Below, one piece after another: positions 39,801-53,502 of a stretch of DNA of 64,000 nucleotides. The notes under the pieces are model-generated. The model was not told the origin of the DNA, did no database searches, and was given only the letters and a program-made list of their open reading frames with translations. The position numbers and the translations under genes are program-made. Every line of letters begins with the position of its first letter. Position 1 is the stretch's first letter. The stretch comes from Haliotis cracherodii (taxonomy: Eukaryota): the NCBI RefSeq assembly GCF_022045235.1, contig NW_027266330.1:31744001-31808000 (forward strand). Direction: 5' to 3'.

Positions 39801-42800
39801 GCCAATCTAGGGTTCAGATTCTCTTTTGGTCAGCTTGGGTTTTGGTACTGGAGTGTTTTGGAGATGGTCCTCTTGACTAGCTTGGTAGAATACTCGGTGA
39901 GGTTGGTGAATACATGCCGCAGATGTATAAGTTCATGGTCAAGGTCAAGACCTTTAACTTGAGACCCCAGCAACAAGATCAAAACCACAAAGCCTACCTA
40001 TTCTGACCAGTACATTTACTTCATCTCTAACCGTCTCCCTAAAACTAAGTCTGGCATCATCTCCACACTGACCAAGAGATCCAAGAACATCTGCTCCAGC
40101 AAGCTTGACCTTGATCAGAAACTGAAAACATCTTCAGCACGTCTTCACGAATCTCAACCAGTACCCCACCAAGCTAGTTAAGAGGCCCATCTCCACCACA
40201 CTCCATTCCAAACCTAAACCAACCAGACCAGAATCCACCCCCATCACAATCACCCTACCGTTCATTGGCAAAGCCTCTCATCAAGCAGCAGAGTACGAAA
40301 GCACCATGTTGGCATCGACACCATCTTCACTGGCTCCCCATCCCTTAGAACCATCCTCCAAGTTAATATCCTCTTCAACCAGAGGCCCCCCAAAGGAGTT
40401 ATCTATAGGATTAACTGTGACTGTGGTGATTCATACATTGATGATACTTCCCGCCTTGTATCCAAAAACCCAAACAACAAAGTCCAAACAACAAAGTCCA
40501 AACAACAAAGTCCAAACCACCGTGTACAGGACACCACCAATTCTGACCAGTATATTTACTTCACCTCTAACCACCAACCAAAAACTAAGCCTGGCATCAT
40601 CTCCACACTGACGACCTTGCCCTTGACCAGATCATCCGCAGTAGGTATTCACCAACCTGAACCAGTATCACTTCCCTGGCGTATTGCGGCATTACACAAG
40701 CACTCACTCACACACTGGGCCATACCTTTCTTTTCCATAGACAAGACCTTCGTATTAAACTGGATGTTGTCTTCCAGCTTGAAATGGGTGGTGTAGTCGG
40801 CGATGTACTTGGCCATGTCGATGTTGTGGGGGTAGTCTGGGACATCGTCGGGGAAGGGGAAGTCAGAGAAGCTGTAGTTGTACTTGGACACATTGCTGCA
40901 ACAAGAACACTACAGGTGTTAGGAATGTTAGCTGGGACGTCATCGGGGAGGGGGAGGTCAGAGAAGCTGTAGTTGTACTTGGAGACATTGCTGCAACAAG
41001 AACACTACCAGTGTCAAGCATGTTAGCTGGGACATCGACCCAGATGGGAGACTCAACTACAGCAGGGCGTGGAGTCATCCCACAGATGACATCCTAACCG
41101 TGTCAGCTTGCTCACAGGGTTAACCTCTGTGGTCATGTGGTCATGTGGACAAGGTATCCAACCTCGGATCAGATGGTCTGTGATTCGAATCCCATCACAG
41201 GACTCGGAAATTTTATGGCCGCTACACTACCAGTATGAAAGATGTCGGCTGGGACATTTGTCAAACAAGAAACCTCCTCCACTGTTCGAACGATTATTTG
41301 AGACATTGCTCAAACAAGGAGAAACCATCACCATCTTTTTTGGAACATATTAACTTTGTGAGTATTTTGGGAAATTTAGTTAAAGTTATCCCTGAAAACA
41401 TTTTTTGGTTATTTTTTCTATTTTCTTCCATGAATTCGTCAAGCATTATCAGCATGCAGAGAACAAACACCTGCTACATTGTGCTGGGCACCACTCCACA
41501 AAGTGATCTTAGTGAGAGTGAGTGAGTTGAGTTTTATCGCCACTTTTAACAGTATTCCAGTTATATCGCGACATGTGGGAGTTTAATGTGGGAGGAAAAC
41601 CCGAAGTGATGCAGGTCTCAGACATTTACCACTTTGGTGAAACCCATGAGCATGGGTATGGTGCTGACAAACCTAGAAACATAATCGAGGCGAACTGGGA
41701 TTCAAACCCACAATCATAGGTTTCTGGCATGCCCAAGGGACGCGACTCTGGACAGCAAATCGCGGCGCCTTAGACAACTGGGCCACCTGTGCCCCCGATC
41801 TTAGTGAGAACACTGAACTGTGCTAAGACGGCTTAATTGAATGATGGGGATAACTCTCTTTACAGTAACCGTTATAAAGATACCACTTTTGTTCTCTTTA
41901 TAAGGTCCTTGTGGTATCTTAGCATTTCATCAGTCATCCTTTTAAGAAAGTAACCATGGTAACAGGAGCATTTTGGTTGCACTTTCTTGTGTCTTTCTAC
42001 TTTTCTGGATGTTCAGCAGATGGACAATTGAAACATACATAAATAACTCAGACTTTATTTCATGATGGTGTCTTTTCAATCAAGTTGGTAGATTTGTAAA
42101 TGGAAATGTTAACAAAATGTCATCATAGGGTCCTGAAGAACTAGCCTAACCTAGGTCCCAGTGGAGTAGAGTGAGTGAGTGTGTGTGTATGGTTTTACGC
42201 CGCTTTTAGCAATATTCCAGCAATATCACGGCGGGGGACACCAGAAATGGGCTTCACACATTGTACCCATGTTGGGAATCGAACCCGGGTCTTCGGCGTG
42301 ACGAGCGAATGCTTTAACCACTAGGCTACCCAACCGCGCCCCCCAATGGAGTAGAAATGTCAGGTAAGAAGAGGATGAGTGTCATAAAATATGTGCATAC
42401 AAGTTGTCAACTATTCTCAAGGGGTATATAGTGTGAAGAACCCTGTGTGGGAGTCCCTGAGGGTTTGGTTGAAGACAAATTTACATAACCGACACTCATT
42501 CATACAGGTGAGGAATTTATATCCGCAGTTTTACCGAATTAGCAATATTCATAGCAGACGACGCAAACGAACTGAGTTACTTCCCTTTTCTCAAATGCAT
42601 TCAGATCAACTTCTGTTTATTTCAGACTCAACGATACTTATGCGAGATAAGCAAGTTAGATGTGTTACGATTGATTTTTCAGCGGACTACATTGAAAACG
42701 AGAATCATCAGGAGATGACATATCCTCCCGGTCTGGTGCAATTCAGAAACAGAGTTTGAGTACTTATGCCTCACTTTCGGTTCATTGCCATTGGATACCT

Positions 42801-45800
42801 TCAGTTCAGTGGAGAAAAAAAAATGCTGTTCAGTATTTTTCAAAATCCCAAATCATCAAAATGCAACCAGTTCACCCCTAGACTCATCTCCATAGCAAGT
42901 CTCATCTAGAAATATTCAACGGTTTAGGAGATCTCCTCCGGAAACAAGCACTACCCTCTTTTTCAGTAAATTCCAACTTGTTGTCATTAAAACATACAAT
43001 AATTTAAAATGAAAATCTTAAATCATCAAAAGGCACACAGTTCCCCACTAGACTGATCTATACAGCAAGTTTCAACAAGAAATATTCAACAGGTTTGGAG
43101 ACAGAAACAGAAATCGAACAGCTGACAGACAGACGGTTGGTTGTTTGTTGTTTAACGCAGCACTCAGCAATATTCAACCTATATGACGGCGGTCTGTAAA
43201 TAATCGAGTCTGGACCAGACAATCCAGTGATTGACATGCATCAACCAAGTCAGCGAACCTGACCATCCGATCCCGTTAGTCGCCTCTTACGACAAGCATA
43301 GTCGCCTTACGGCAAGCATGGGTTGCTGAAGACCAATTATACCCCGGATCGACAGACAGACGGACATGGTGATTGCAATATCCCCACATTTTTCAAACCG
43401 TGGAGATAATAATTGCCCACTCCTTAACCAATCAAAAGTTAATATTTTAATGTAAGGTACGATGAGACACTTGTACACGATATGCATAACAGCTATAGCA
43501 AAGGGTGTTGGGTCGGGCCCTATCTACATGAATCACTGAAGACGATGAGGTCAGTAAATATGCCTATATCGACAGGAGAGTTATCAGTGTACCTAAGACA
43601 TGGTACGTGCATTTCAACATGGTGAAAAAGAACACACAGCATTCACATGGCATTTGTCTGAGACAGGATTAACATGGGATTAATTCACATTTATTTGGGG
43701 GAATTAGAAAAAAAAATGGATGGGCCTAGGGTTTATTATTTCCTGTCTTTTTTCTTCAATTTAATTTTTATCAAGAGTTCTTAAATTTTCAATTGCTATA
43801 TGACTGAGGCAACATTGAACTTTCACTCCCTCACTCACTTTAAAAAATCTATAAAAATCAGTGTCATGACAAAGACCACTTTCGTTTCAGCGTTTGTTGT
43901 GTAACGCCGCACTCGCTTTTAGCAATATAACGTTGAAGGATACCAGAAATTGGTTTTACACATTGTACACATGAGGGGTATCGAACCCGGGTCTTCGGTA
44001 TAAGGCTTTAAACAATAAGCTACCTGTTTTAAAAAAAGAAAAGACTTTGTGTCAAGCGATTAAGTTAGTTTGTGACTCAGCTCATGGTTCTATGCATTGG
44101 AGAAATCTATCTAGTCCTGCTCAGACGGCCCCACGTCTGCAGCAAATGTCAGCAAAATCCCATCTTCCCAAGGGAAGAGAGTTAACTGACAATATAAGTC
44201 CAGTTCGGCAAGGGTGGAAACCGGACTTTTATAGTCAGTTAAAGGGGCACTGAGCAGTTCCCCGGGTTGTTGCGTTTGTTATTGTTTTTTCCTCGTGAGT
44301 ACCTAGATAATATAGCAGAAATCTAGACTAGTTCGCGACCTCTACTGTGCAATTCGTAAGCGCATTTGTCACTTTTATTGATAGTATAAGGGTGTATGGT
44401 CACATTGATCAACAAAAAGAATTACAGTTTTGGAAATAATAAGGAAATGTAGGTTTTTTTGTGGGTAGCATCGGTAATGGTGACAAAGTTTTGATAAGTC
44501 TCTTGCTTTGTAATTGTTCGATTTTCCTTTACACTATTTTGACTTGAACACAAAGAAAATATTTCACCTGAGCATTGCTTATTTCACCGTGTTTATATCT
44601 ATAAAATAAAAATGTGCAAAATTTCACTTTTGGAAATTTATTAAACGTCTAAATATTCAGTTATTTTACAAATTGACTGAAAAATATGTCCATCTGTATT
44701 ATCATGACATTATTAGTATAAATCTCCCTATGCTGATTTCATAGTGCTAGCTAGAGCTGGCTAGACTTGCTTTTGTATGCATTTCTAGATTATTATATTT
44801 TTCATAAAATAAATATATTCCACGGTCATGGTGCAGGACTATGCTACAGCAAATGAAGGAAAACCAAATGCAAATATCTTAATTACAACCTACCAAATTT
44901 ATATGTATAATTTTAGGTTGCTTCCTTGTTTGAAGAATGTATCCGTGAATATCCACATAAAGGAACAATATCCCGCATGTCTGCAGCTGTACAAAGAAAC
45001 TTATTCAATGTCACGTGTAACAATCAAATATTTTAAAATATATATATCATTTGGGGATATTATAACCCGTGCTCGTTTCTCAGCTGATCACTTAGATTGT
45101 TTCAGGTGTTTCACATAGGTGTCAAGTCTTAAAGGTCGGCTGAGAAAGCCCACATGACAACTATTTTCATAACTTCCACGGTTCCTAAAACGATCCATTG
45201 AGTTAGATAACAATGAGCAATCAATCAATCATCGGTTATCCTCTTGAAAAAAGTATGCTGTTTTTACATCAGCATTTCACGCCATGATATGAGTGTATTC
45301 CCTTTTCTTTGGTAAACCTACACATGTAAACACTTACTTTTGACATATCCACTGTGCAAGATAACAGTGATTAATCAATCAACATATTTTCTGTTAATCC
45401 TTTGATGACTAGAAACGATCTGTTGATTTACCAATAAGTAAATCAACTGATTATTCATCTCTTGCTGGGCTGTCACGTGCATATTACATAACACACATTT
45501 CACCTCACTTCAAACCTGGATTTAGAATGAATAATTACCCCAGACACAATAAATGCCAAATGGGAACCTTTATCAGGTAATCTAAGTGGTACTACCACTA
45601 ATCATACCCGTAATAAATTCATTAACTGAGCATCAAGTGAATGACGACAAATACACAAGTGTAGGGTTATACCAGAAAACGTGGATGACAACAAAGGAGT
45701 AGTTACCGTACTATCGAAGCAATCCGAAATCCGAAAATGCTTTCACTGCATGGATACTTCTTTTTATTATTTAACTATAACCATCTGGGGTATTTTCAAA

Positions 45801-48800
45801 TGACGACATCCGATGAGCTCCGCCGTTCTTTTTGTCTGTTGCTATAGGCTTAAGAAATTAATCAACATGCAGCCTTTGTCGAAATCTTTATAGATCACAA
45901 TCAGTGTTAAAAAATGCGCAAAACAAACATTGCCTCTAAGTTTATTTACGCTGTCTTTACAGACGGTAGCACGGTCTCTTGTCACTCTCAGTTGCGTTAG
46001 CGAGCAAATGGACTCGAGCACCTTGTGAGCCCCAGCGGCCAGTGTCAGACAGCCGAGAAGTAGCCAGAGATTAGTGCCCCTTTAATGCTCTTGCTTTGGG
46101 AAGATGGTAAAATCCCAAAATGGAATTAATTACTTCCCAATTCAAGTTAATATTGTTTTGACAAAAGTTATGGCTTTATATCACTGATAACAGGACAAAG
46201 GGAGAGAATCAAAGCTTTGTTTACATTACTGAATAAATACATCCTAAGCTGTAGCCTGATACATAGTATGCTATGTGGACAACTTGAACCAAACTGAATT
46301 AATTTTTGATAAGCAATTCTTAGAAGTTTGTGAATGACAAAGTAGGCAAAAGTTCATGAATAAGAACTTCTTTATTATAGTGTAATAGCAATCCAGGCTA
46401 CTTCATCTAATCCGCGAGGGGCGGTTGGGTAGCCTAGTGGTTAAAGCGTTCGCTCGTTACGCTGAAGACCCAGGTTCGATTCCCGACATGGGTACAATGT
46501 GTGAAGCCCATTTCTGGTGTCCCCCGCCGTGATATTGCTGGAATATTGCTTAAAAACGGCGTAAAACCATACTCACTCACTCTAATCCGCGACCCGTGAA
46601 GATCCAGGGTAGAATAGGTCTTCAGCAACCCATGCTTGTCGTAAGAGACGACTAACGGGATCGGGTGGTCAGGCTCACCAACATGGTTGATGCATGTCAC
46701 CGTATCCTAATTGCATAGATTGATGTTCATGATATCAATCACTGGGTTGCCTGGTCCAGACTCAATTATTTACAGACCGCCGTCATGTAGCTTGAATATT
46801 GCTGAGTGCGGCGTTAAACAACAAACAAACAACAATCCTCCCATCCGCCAACTTTAGAAATAGGGGGCTCTTATTAGAATATAATTTTGGAAAAAAACAG
46901 AGTTGAAAGATTGTAAACTTCTAGGTTTATGTACCTGAAATGATACAAAAGAAAAGTCTGTGCGTATTATACACGACAGATTTATTTTTCTAAAATTTAA
47001 TTGCTCATAATTAAGGGTGCATTTAACACATGAGTGCGTATTATACACGAATAAATAACTCTTGTGTACATTGATCAATCGGAAGAGGTGCTAATTGGGA
47101 TTGTTCACTAGCCAATATATTGGCAAATATCACCGCGGGTGCTTATTAGAGCAGGGCGCTTATTACGTGTTCTCTGTTTCATAGCTCTTATTTAGGTTTA
47201 CCATATTTATTACCCCTTTTTATTTACATAATACATTATACTAATTATGCGTAGCAGAGCCTAACTGATTCCTTTTCCTTCAACAATTATCTAGGCTTAA
47301 TACTATGCTAGAATAGGACTTTTACAATCTCTCTATAGGCAATGCCTTGCCTCCTAAACCCTCTACCTAGCCTTTTTTTCCTATCTGATCGCCACTCATT
47401 TTACATTTTGGGGGGCCGGACGATTATCACTACTATTCCCACTATTTATTATCACGTAAACCCACAGGCCCCGAGTGCGACATAGCCAGAGGCTGAAGCG
47501 GTCATTCAACTCTTAAACTACTGTACATAGCACTTATTCACCTGATGAAGGAGTAAGCATATACCGTATTCGACGTAATAAGCGCCCACGGCAATATTTG
47601 CTATTATATGGCAAGTGAAAAATCCCAATTAGCATCCCTTCCGATTGATCAATGTACACAAGACTTATTTATTCGTGTATAATACGCACTCATGTGTTAT
47701 ATGCACCCTTAATTATGGGCAATTAAATTCTCGAAAAATATATCTGTCGTATATAAACAGTTCAGACTGTCAGCATAAACCACGAAATTTATCTTTTAAC
47801 TCTGTTTTTTCCCCCAAAATAATATTCTAATAGAGCCCCCTATTTCTAATTTTGAGAGCGCCCTGGGCACTTATTACGTTGAATACGGTACTTCTAAACG
47901 TGTTCCTCATAATAAAAAAGTTGAGGTCTCTTCCTTTCGACAGCAAATGTTTATCTATACACATGATACACATGCAAAATAACAAATTTTGTTATTAAAC
48001 GATATATCAATATAATATTATCATGATACCGAGTCAATATATCAATACTAAACTTTTCAACCAATAACACCCAACTTAAGTCAAAGACGTATTCCTCTAC
48101 TGTTATTAATGCAGGGCTTTCGGTGCATGTATCACAGAATGTTAATTCATAACAAACACGTTACGACACTACGTTAAACCTCCCCGCGGTTAATAACGAA
48201 ACACAATAACAATGACATCACACAGTTCAATCACTTCCACTATCACGTCAAAGCTCCCTGTGCCAACACTAATTCAATAACACCTCTTTTATCAACCCCG
48301 ACAAAGACAACCAGTTTATACGACCTGTCAACGCTCAGAGACACGACTTTTATGCCCTACCTGTATATCCATGTCACATGACCAATAAAACAACCTTTGA
48401 TAACCACACCCTCCATTCAAGAAATCCACTGTGACGACATTGCACAGTGCGCAGTATTCAGGGACTGTGTCAAACATGTTTTCATAATTTACACGACAAC
48501 TCCCAAATGGCCTAATAATATAAATATGATCATCTCTCTATGTGGGCACTGTCTACATGTTTGGGAGCAGTCGATACTTCTCTACCTCTAGTCAGGACAA
48601 GGTTTCTTGTGGCCGATGATAAAGGTATGGGCTTTGACAGCACATGTCTTTACTGTTTATCAATGTTTTAATTAGTTTTTAGTACGTATTGTTAAGTAAA
48701 TTGAAATTAATGATTTTATTTCACTGTGAATCAAGCTTTTAATCCTCAATGACAAACTTAAATGTAATCCTATAAATTTAGTGAGAACTGGAAATTACCA

Positions 48801-51800
48801 GAAACAATAATACAAACTGGTTTGATAGAATGTAGGCATTTTGGGATGTAGGCTCAATCCCAGAGGAGACGTGCTAATCCCAAATTGAGACAATTAGAAA
48901 CAGCTGGGTACTTGGTGTCTAAACTTTGAGACAGACNNNNNNNNNNNNNNNNNNNNNNNNNNNNNNNNNNNNNNNNNNNNNNNNNNNNNNNNNNNNNNNN
49001 NNNNNNNNNNNNNNNNNNNNNNNNNNNNNNNNNNNNNNNNNNNNNNNNNNNNNNNNNNNNNNNNNNNNNNNNNNNNNNNNNNNNAGTTTATGTAAGTCTC
49101 ATCCCAAATACATTAAAAAATGGGGATGAAGATGGAAAACAGGCGGGCCACTCTATACAGAGTTGGAGGAGACTAAGATGGGTAAAATATACATGCTTAT
49201 ATTCTATGTCCACACTTAAAATATATATATTATAAGCAATTAATACACATTTCTAATTCTTATTATATCAAAAATGACAATGAAGGACTGACTTTCTCTG
49301 TTTGAAAATAGCACAACAGGTTTAAGCCGTTACACTAAAATAGTCACATCATGATGAAATAAAACAAACCTTTGGAATATTTTTTTGACCATTTATAAGA
49401 ATATCTGGGGTAATTGGCGTCTAAACTGTGAAATTTTCTTACAAAAATTAGAAATCATTCTTAGCATGGTTTGGTTTTCATGAAAAACGTCTTCTGCATC
49501 CATTTTGTTACTCAAACTCCAATCACAAGCCAAAACAAGCGATGGCTCGAAAGACTAATGTGTCCACAACAGACATACAAAACTAACGATGCTGTTTAAA
49601 TACTTATTGGGTAAAAGAATGTTACAAACTGCTGTATCAGAGCTTCAGATATGCTGTGTATTTGCGTAAAATACCCCCCAAAAATATTCAAAACCCAATT
49701 ACTTTCAATTATCTTGCATACAGAAACGTGTGCATTTATTGACTTTCCGAGTCAAACCTTTAGTTAGAACCCTTATATACATCTCAAACATATTATTTAT
49801 TTTTTTGAAATCTCAAAATGTTTACTAATTTTGGGGTTCAAAGTACAATTTGATTGTGTTCAAGGTAGTGAAGTACATATCAATATGTTCCTTTATGTTC
49901 CCAAGATACATAGAAGTTATTAGGTGTCAGTTTTCATATGATTCCCTATATCAACCCTCGACCCCGGTATCAGTCTTCTGACCTTCGGCCTTCGCCCCTG
50001 GGGCTGATATGGGGGTCGAGGGTTGATATGTAAATATAAAATATAAAAATTGTAAAATGTACTATTTGCAAGTGAATGCAAGACATTTTCACCTTGTTTG
50101 GAAGTCATTGTCACAGGAAAGCTAGCTGAGCAGACAAGCAGGCGACGCACTAAGTGATGTAACTCTTAATTTTTTTTACCACCTAGGCTGATGTCAATCA
50201 TCCATTCAAAACACATTGACAAGACACATGAGCCCGGCAGGGGATGTAATACAGGTCTGGTTATTACACCCCTGTGGTATGACCTTCTCCATGTTGGCTC
50301 TATCGCATATGCAAAATGCCTCATAACATTGACAGGTATACAGTGTTCCCGCTTGCTTTTGAAACAGCCAGTCCTTGTGGACTGGCAACTCTAAAAATTA
50401 CCAGTCCCCCCGAATTTTTGCCAGTCCCAACTTTCAAAAAAAAAAAACACATATGAAAATTATTTGGTTTTAATTCTTTCAACATAATCTTCAGTGCAAA
50501 GATGTCATGTCTGAAGTAACTTAGTTAGATCTATATGTCATTCACACAAACTTCAGTCACAATTTTCTCTTCTTTTTTTAATATTTCGAGACAAGGTCGC
50601 TACAAATGGATATTTAACCAGAAATAGACAAGAGGAAACCCTGATGGTAATAGACATGCTGACTTTGTTAAAAAAATGTACTTTTATGAATATCCCTGAA
50701 GTTTTGTACAACAATAAAGAATTATAAAGTACTTTATTTGCCGGTCCACAGGGAGTAATTTTACCGGTAAAAAACTGGTAGTGACTGGTAAACCGGAACA
50801 CTGGTATATGACAAATATTGATTTTACCCTGGTACAGAACACCCTATGCGCATCACTGGACACTGTGATGAAACGAACCAGTCAAATAATCCAGCCCTCT
50901 CACTCTACCGTCCCTCCATATATGCCTCGGATATTTTTTCGAGCCAGTGAGTATTGACTCGCTTGTAATAATCTCATTGTACACAACATATTTTTCTCCA
51001 AGCCGACCAGTTCTTGTTTAAGCCCCTTAATGTCGAGCACCAGGCAGGGTAACAACAAGTACCAACAGAATTAAATTCTGGAAAAATATATCTGTCGTAT
51101 ATAAACATTTCAGGCTGTCAGCATAAACCACGAAATTTATCCTTCACAAAAAAAATATTCTAATAAGAGCCCCCTATTTCTAATTTTGAGAGCGCCCTAG
51201 GCGCTTATTACATTGAATACGGTATTTACAGACCGCCATCATATAGCTGGAATATTGCTGAGTCCGGCGTTAAACAACAAACAAAACAAAAACACAACCT
51301 TGACACAAGTGCTCGTTTGCAAAAACTCAAAACTAATCATATTTGCAATTTAATGCTGATTCACAGCTTATCTGTAGCCCCTAAAAAGTGAGTGAGTGAG
51401 TGAGTTGGATTTAACGCCGCTTTTAACAGTATTCCAGTTATATCACGGCGTGTCAGCTTCAAGTGGGACTCTGGAAAGCTCGAAGTGGTGCAGGCCCCAG
51501 ACGTTTACCACTTTGGTAAAACCCACGAGCACGGGTATGATGCCGACAAACCTAGAAACATAATCGGGGCGAACCGGGATTTGAACCCACAATCATAGGT
51601 TTCTGGTGTCCCCAAGGGACGCAACTCTGCACAGCGAATCGCATTCTTCATGACTATGAATGCATTCCTTATGACATATATGTTTGAATAAAGATAAAAC
51701 TTCTGTCAACTTGAGTGTATATGCATCACCAGATCGTTTTATACACTTTGCTCGGGCTACTGTTAAACTATTCCCAATCGGACATTTTGTACCCATCTCT

Positions 51801-52687
51801 TGAAACCAACAGTGGGTACCCGGGTAGGGTCGGGTACAAGGGGTGAGGGTACCCGGGTAGTAAATTTAGACTCGTCCCAGGCCTAAATACCAGTCCCTTT
51901 TTCTTATGTACGCTACACATCCTCAATACAAACCCTTTCACAACAAGCCCCAAATAATACAGAATACTGTCTAACCACAAACCACAATTGACTCAATAAT
52001 CCAGAACATTGTTAGAACTAGTCCCTCCATAATACATCAACCTCTATATATCTACAACCCTGTCAAGTCAAGATCCTTCATAATCAAGAACACTGTCAGA
52101 ACAAGTCACTCAGTACACTAAACCATGTCTTCTCAAGTTCCAACACAATCCAGATTCATGTCTAATTAGCTATCAGTCTGTCGAATGATACCCTCGATTA
52201 TCCAACAACTTATCTAAACTGACTTCTCGTTAATCCAGCACACTATGATTAGGTCAATTCATAAACCCGAATCCTAATTAGTTCATCAGTTGACAACGCA
52301 ACAAATACTCATGCACAATAAACAAAGGCGACCTGCAGCAATTACTTGGATGAAACAAGAAAATGCTGACAGGATGATGACTGCATCACATGTCTGTACA
52401 TGACTTTGATTGTTATGGGACATACAGATCCTCAGCTCGTTGATTTCAAACAAAGGTCAAGTCCAAATTTGATTGATAAGCTTACGTTGTGGTACTTACA
52501 TGTGCGTAAACCTCATGACACCATAGTCGTTCTCTCGGAAAGTCCACAAGCCTCCCACTTCACCGGTCCTCTCAAGCACAACAACATTCAACCCGTCATC
52601 TTTCAAGCACTTTGCCGTCACAAGACCTGAAATACCAGCTCCGATGATGATGACATCTTTGCGCGTTGTCGGAGTTTCAGAGGCCAT
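28981..52687 (-). CDS. FMO: Flavin-containing monooxygenase (FMO family), 10 coding exons, 531 aa: complement(join(28981..29179,32782..32915,33255..33440,33934..34083,34551..34659,35597..35767,36892..37018,37534..37695,40726..40895,52500..52687))
   Basis: FAD motif IIGAGISG, ERTGEVGGLW, FMO signature FPGERIHSVDF, NADP motif VGIGNSA, CTGY and a C-terminal hydrophobic membrane anchor. All introns are GT-AG with matching phases; total CDS is 1596 nt. Confidence 0.95.
30070..32775. repeat. CACT-based ~21-bp minisatellite (CACTCTCACTCACTCACCCAC and variants) in the last FMO intron
   Basis: Directly visible; an interrupting block (ACTCAACCACTAATCTCACACAACC...) recurs at ~31100 and ~32655. Confidence 0.97.
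35818..36076 (+). mobile_element. SINE family B (tRNA-Leu-like head); other copies ~23088-23230(-), 29870-30075(+), 32999-33238(+), 41518-41796(-), 51388-51645(-)
   Basis: TGGCCCAGTCGTCTAAGGCGC ... GTGGGTTCGAATCCC, GGCGTTAAACCCAAC..ACTC tail. TSD TCATAACACAAAA (35805-35817/36077-36089); TSD GATCTTAGTGAGA for the 41518 copy. Confidence 0.88.
36319..36757. mobile_element. MITE with CAGTGTTCC termini and 5-bp TSD; second copy 50341-50803
   Basis: TIR CAGTGTTCC/GGAACACTG; TSD ACTTT here and GTATA at the second copy. Confidence 0.85.
36827..36872. repeat. (GCAC)n microsatellite
   Basis: Directly visible. Confidence 0.95.
38919..39263 (-). mobile_element. SINE family D (tRNA head, CACCT tail); other copies ~23245-23385(-), 23707-24316(-, split by a family C copy), 52895-53165(+)
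   Basis: Box A TGGTCTAGTGG, box B GGTTCGATCCC, 3' GACGTTAAAACCAATTTCACCTCACCT. TSD AGTTGGAATAACA 38906-38918/39264-39276. Confidence 0.88.
39390..40630. mobile_element. Decayed Penelope-like element fragments in inverted arrangement
   Basis: Plus strand ~39985-40100 reads KPTYSDQYIYFISN..KSGIISTLTKRSKNICS (PLE RT C-terminus) and ~40395-40455 reads GVIYRINCDCGDSYI (GIY-YIG). Minus strand ~39390-39650 reads IKEHK...LEAIEI...P...RDQG (GIY-YIG end). Frameshifted. Confidence 0.8.
44243..46081. mobile_element. 1.84-kb non-autonomous DNA transposon, Kolobok-like
   Basis: TTAA|AGGGGCACT ... AGTGCCCCT|TTAA (TTAA TSD, purine-starting termini); no transposase ORF. Confidence 0.6.
46591..46833 (+). mobile_element. 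SINE-like family C (GCTTGTCGTAAGAGGCGACTAA core, CAAA tail); other copies ~23917-24170(-), 25735-26000(+), 29333-29590(-), 43137-43350(-), 57190-57440(+), 59985-60350(+, interrupted), 61706-61925(+)
   Basis: Many similar dispersed copies ending GGAATATTGCTGAGTGCGGCGTTAAACAACAAAC. The core resembles the Nin-type SINE domain (from memory, unverified). Confidence 0.85.
48937..49084. other. Assembly gap
   Basis: Run of N. Confidence 1.
49946..50032. repeat. Short hairpin/inverted repeat, likely a transposon remnant
   Basis: ATATCAACCCTCGACCCC..TATCAG mirrored by CTGATA..GGGGTCGAGGGTTGATAT. Confidence 0.6.
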
Positions 52688-53346
52688 ACTTAATAGTTTC
52701 TGACTGCATATGTAGATCCAAATGTAAGAGATGAGATGACAAGATATTTGGCTTGATATACACCCGAGATGGTCAAACTCAAAGTCCACATTTCGTCCAT
52801 GTGATAAGTAAATACTGTATTCTTCACAACTGTTCAAAGAAATTGTTTTCTCGAAGAACCTCTGTTTGCTTTTGTATTTGCCATGTATGTCTGTCTGGTA
52901 GTAGACCATCCGACCTGATGGCGGAAGGTCTGGGGTTCGATCCTCGGCCGAGTCATACCAAAAGACGTTAACAGATGGTGGTCATTGTTTCCCTGTCTGG
53001 CGCTTGGCATTACGGGGCAAAACAAGGACTCGTCAGCTCGGAGTCAGTATATTGTATACCCTATAATTGGGTATTCATGTTAAACTGCGGCATGGTATCT
53101 CATACGTTTCTATACATAACTGCAATAATCTTGGACGTGACGTTAAACCCCATTTCACCTCACCTGTCAAAGAAATTGGGTAAATACATTCACAGGAACA
53201 AGCCTAACTCATGTTTTGTAGTCTTGTGCAATCAAGCAATAACTTAGTTACTCTCCCATACAGAAACTTCACATAGAACGCTATACAGCTTTAAATTAAA
53301 CTAAATTGAGACAAAACAAGAAATCGATGGGAACAGGTTGAGGAGA

Positions 53347-53502
53347 NNNNNNNNNNNNNNNNNNNNNNNNNNNNNNNNNNNNNNNNNNNNNNNNNNNNNN
53401 NNNNNNNNNNNNNNNNNNNNNNNNNNNNNNNNNNNNNNNNNNNNNNNNNNNNNNNNNNNNNNNNNNNNNNNNNNNNNNNNNNNNNNNNNNNNNNNNNNNN
53501 NN
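53347..53502. other. Assembly gap
   Basis: Run of N. Confidence 1.

Noticed and set aside
46418-46490. tRNA genes at the SINE heads
   Set aside because: A/B boxes continue into shared SINE bodies with tails and TSDs; no complete cloverleaf or T-run terminator.
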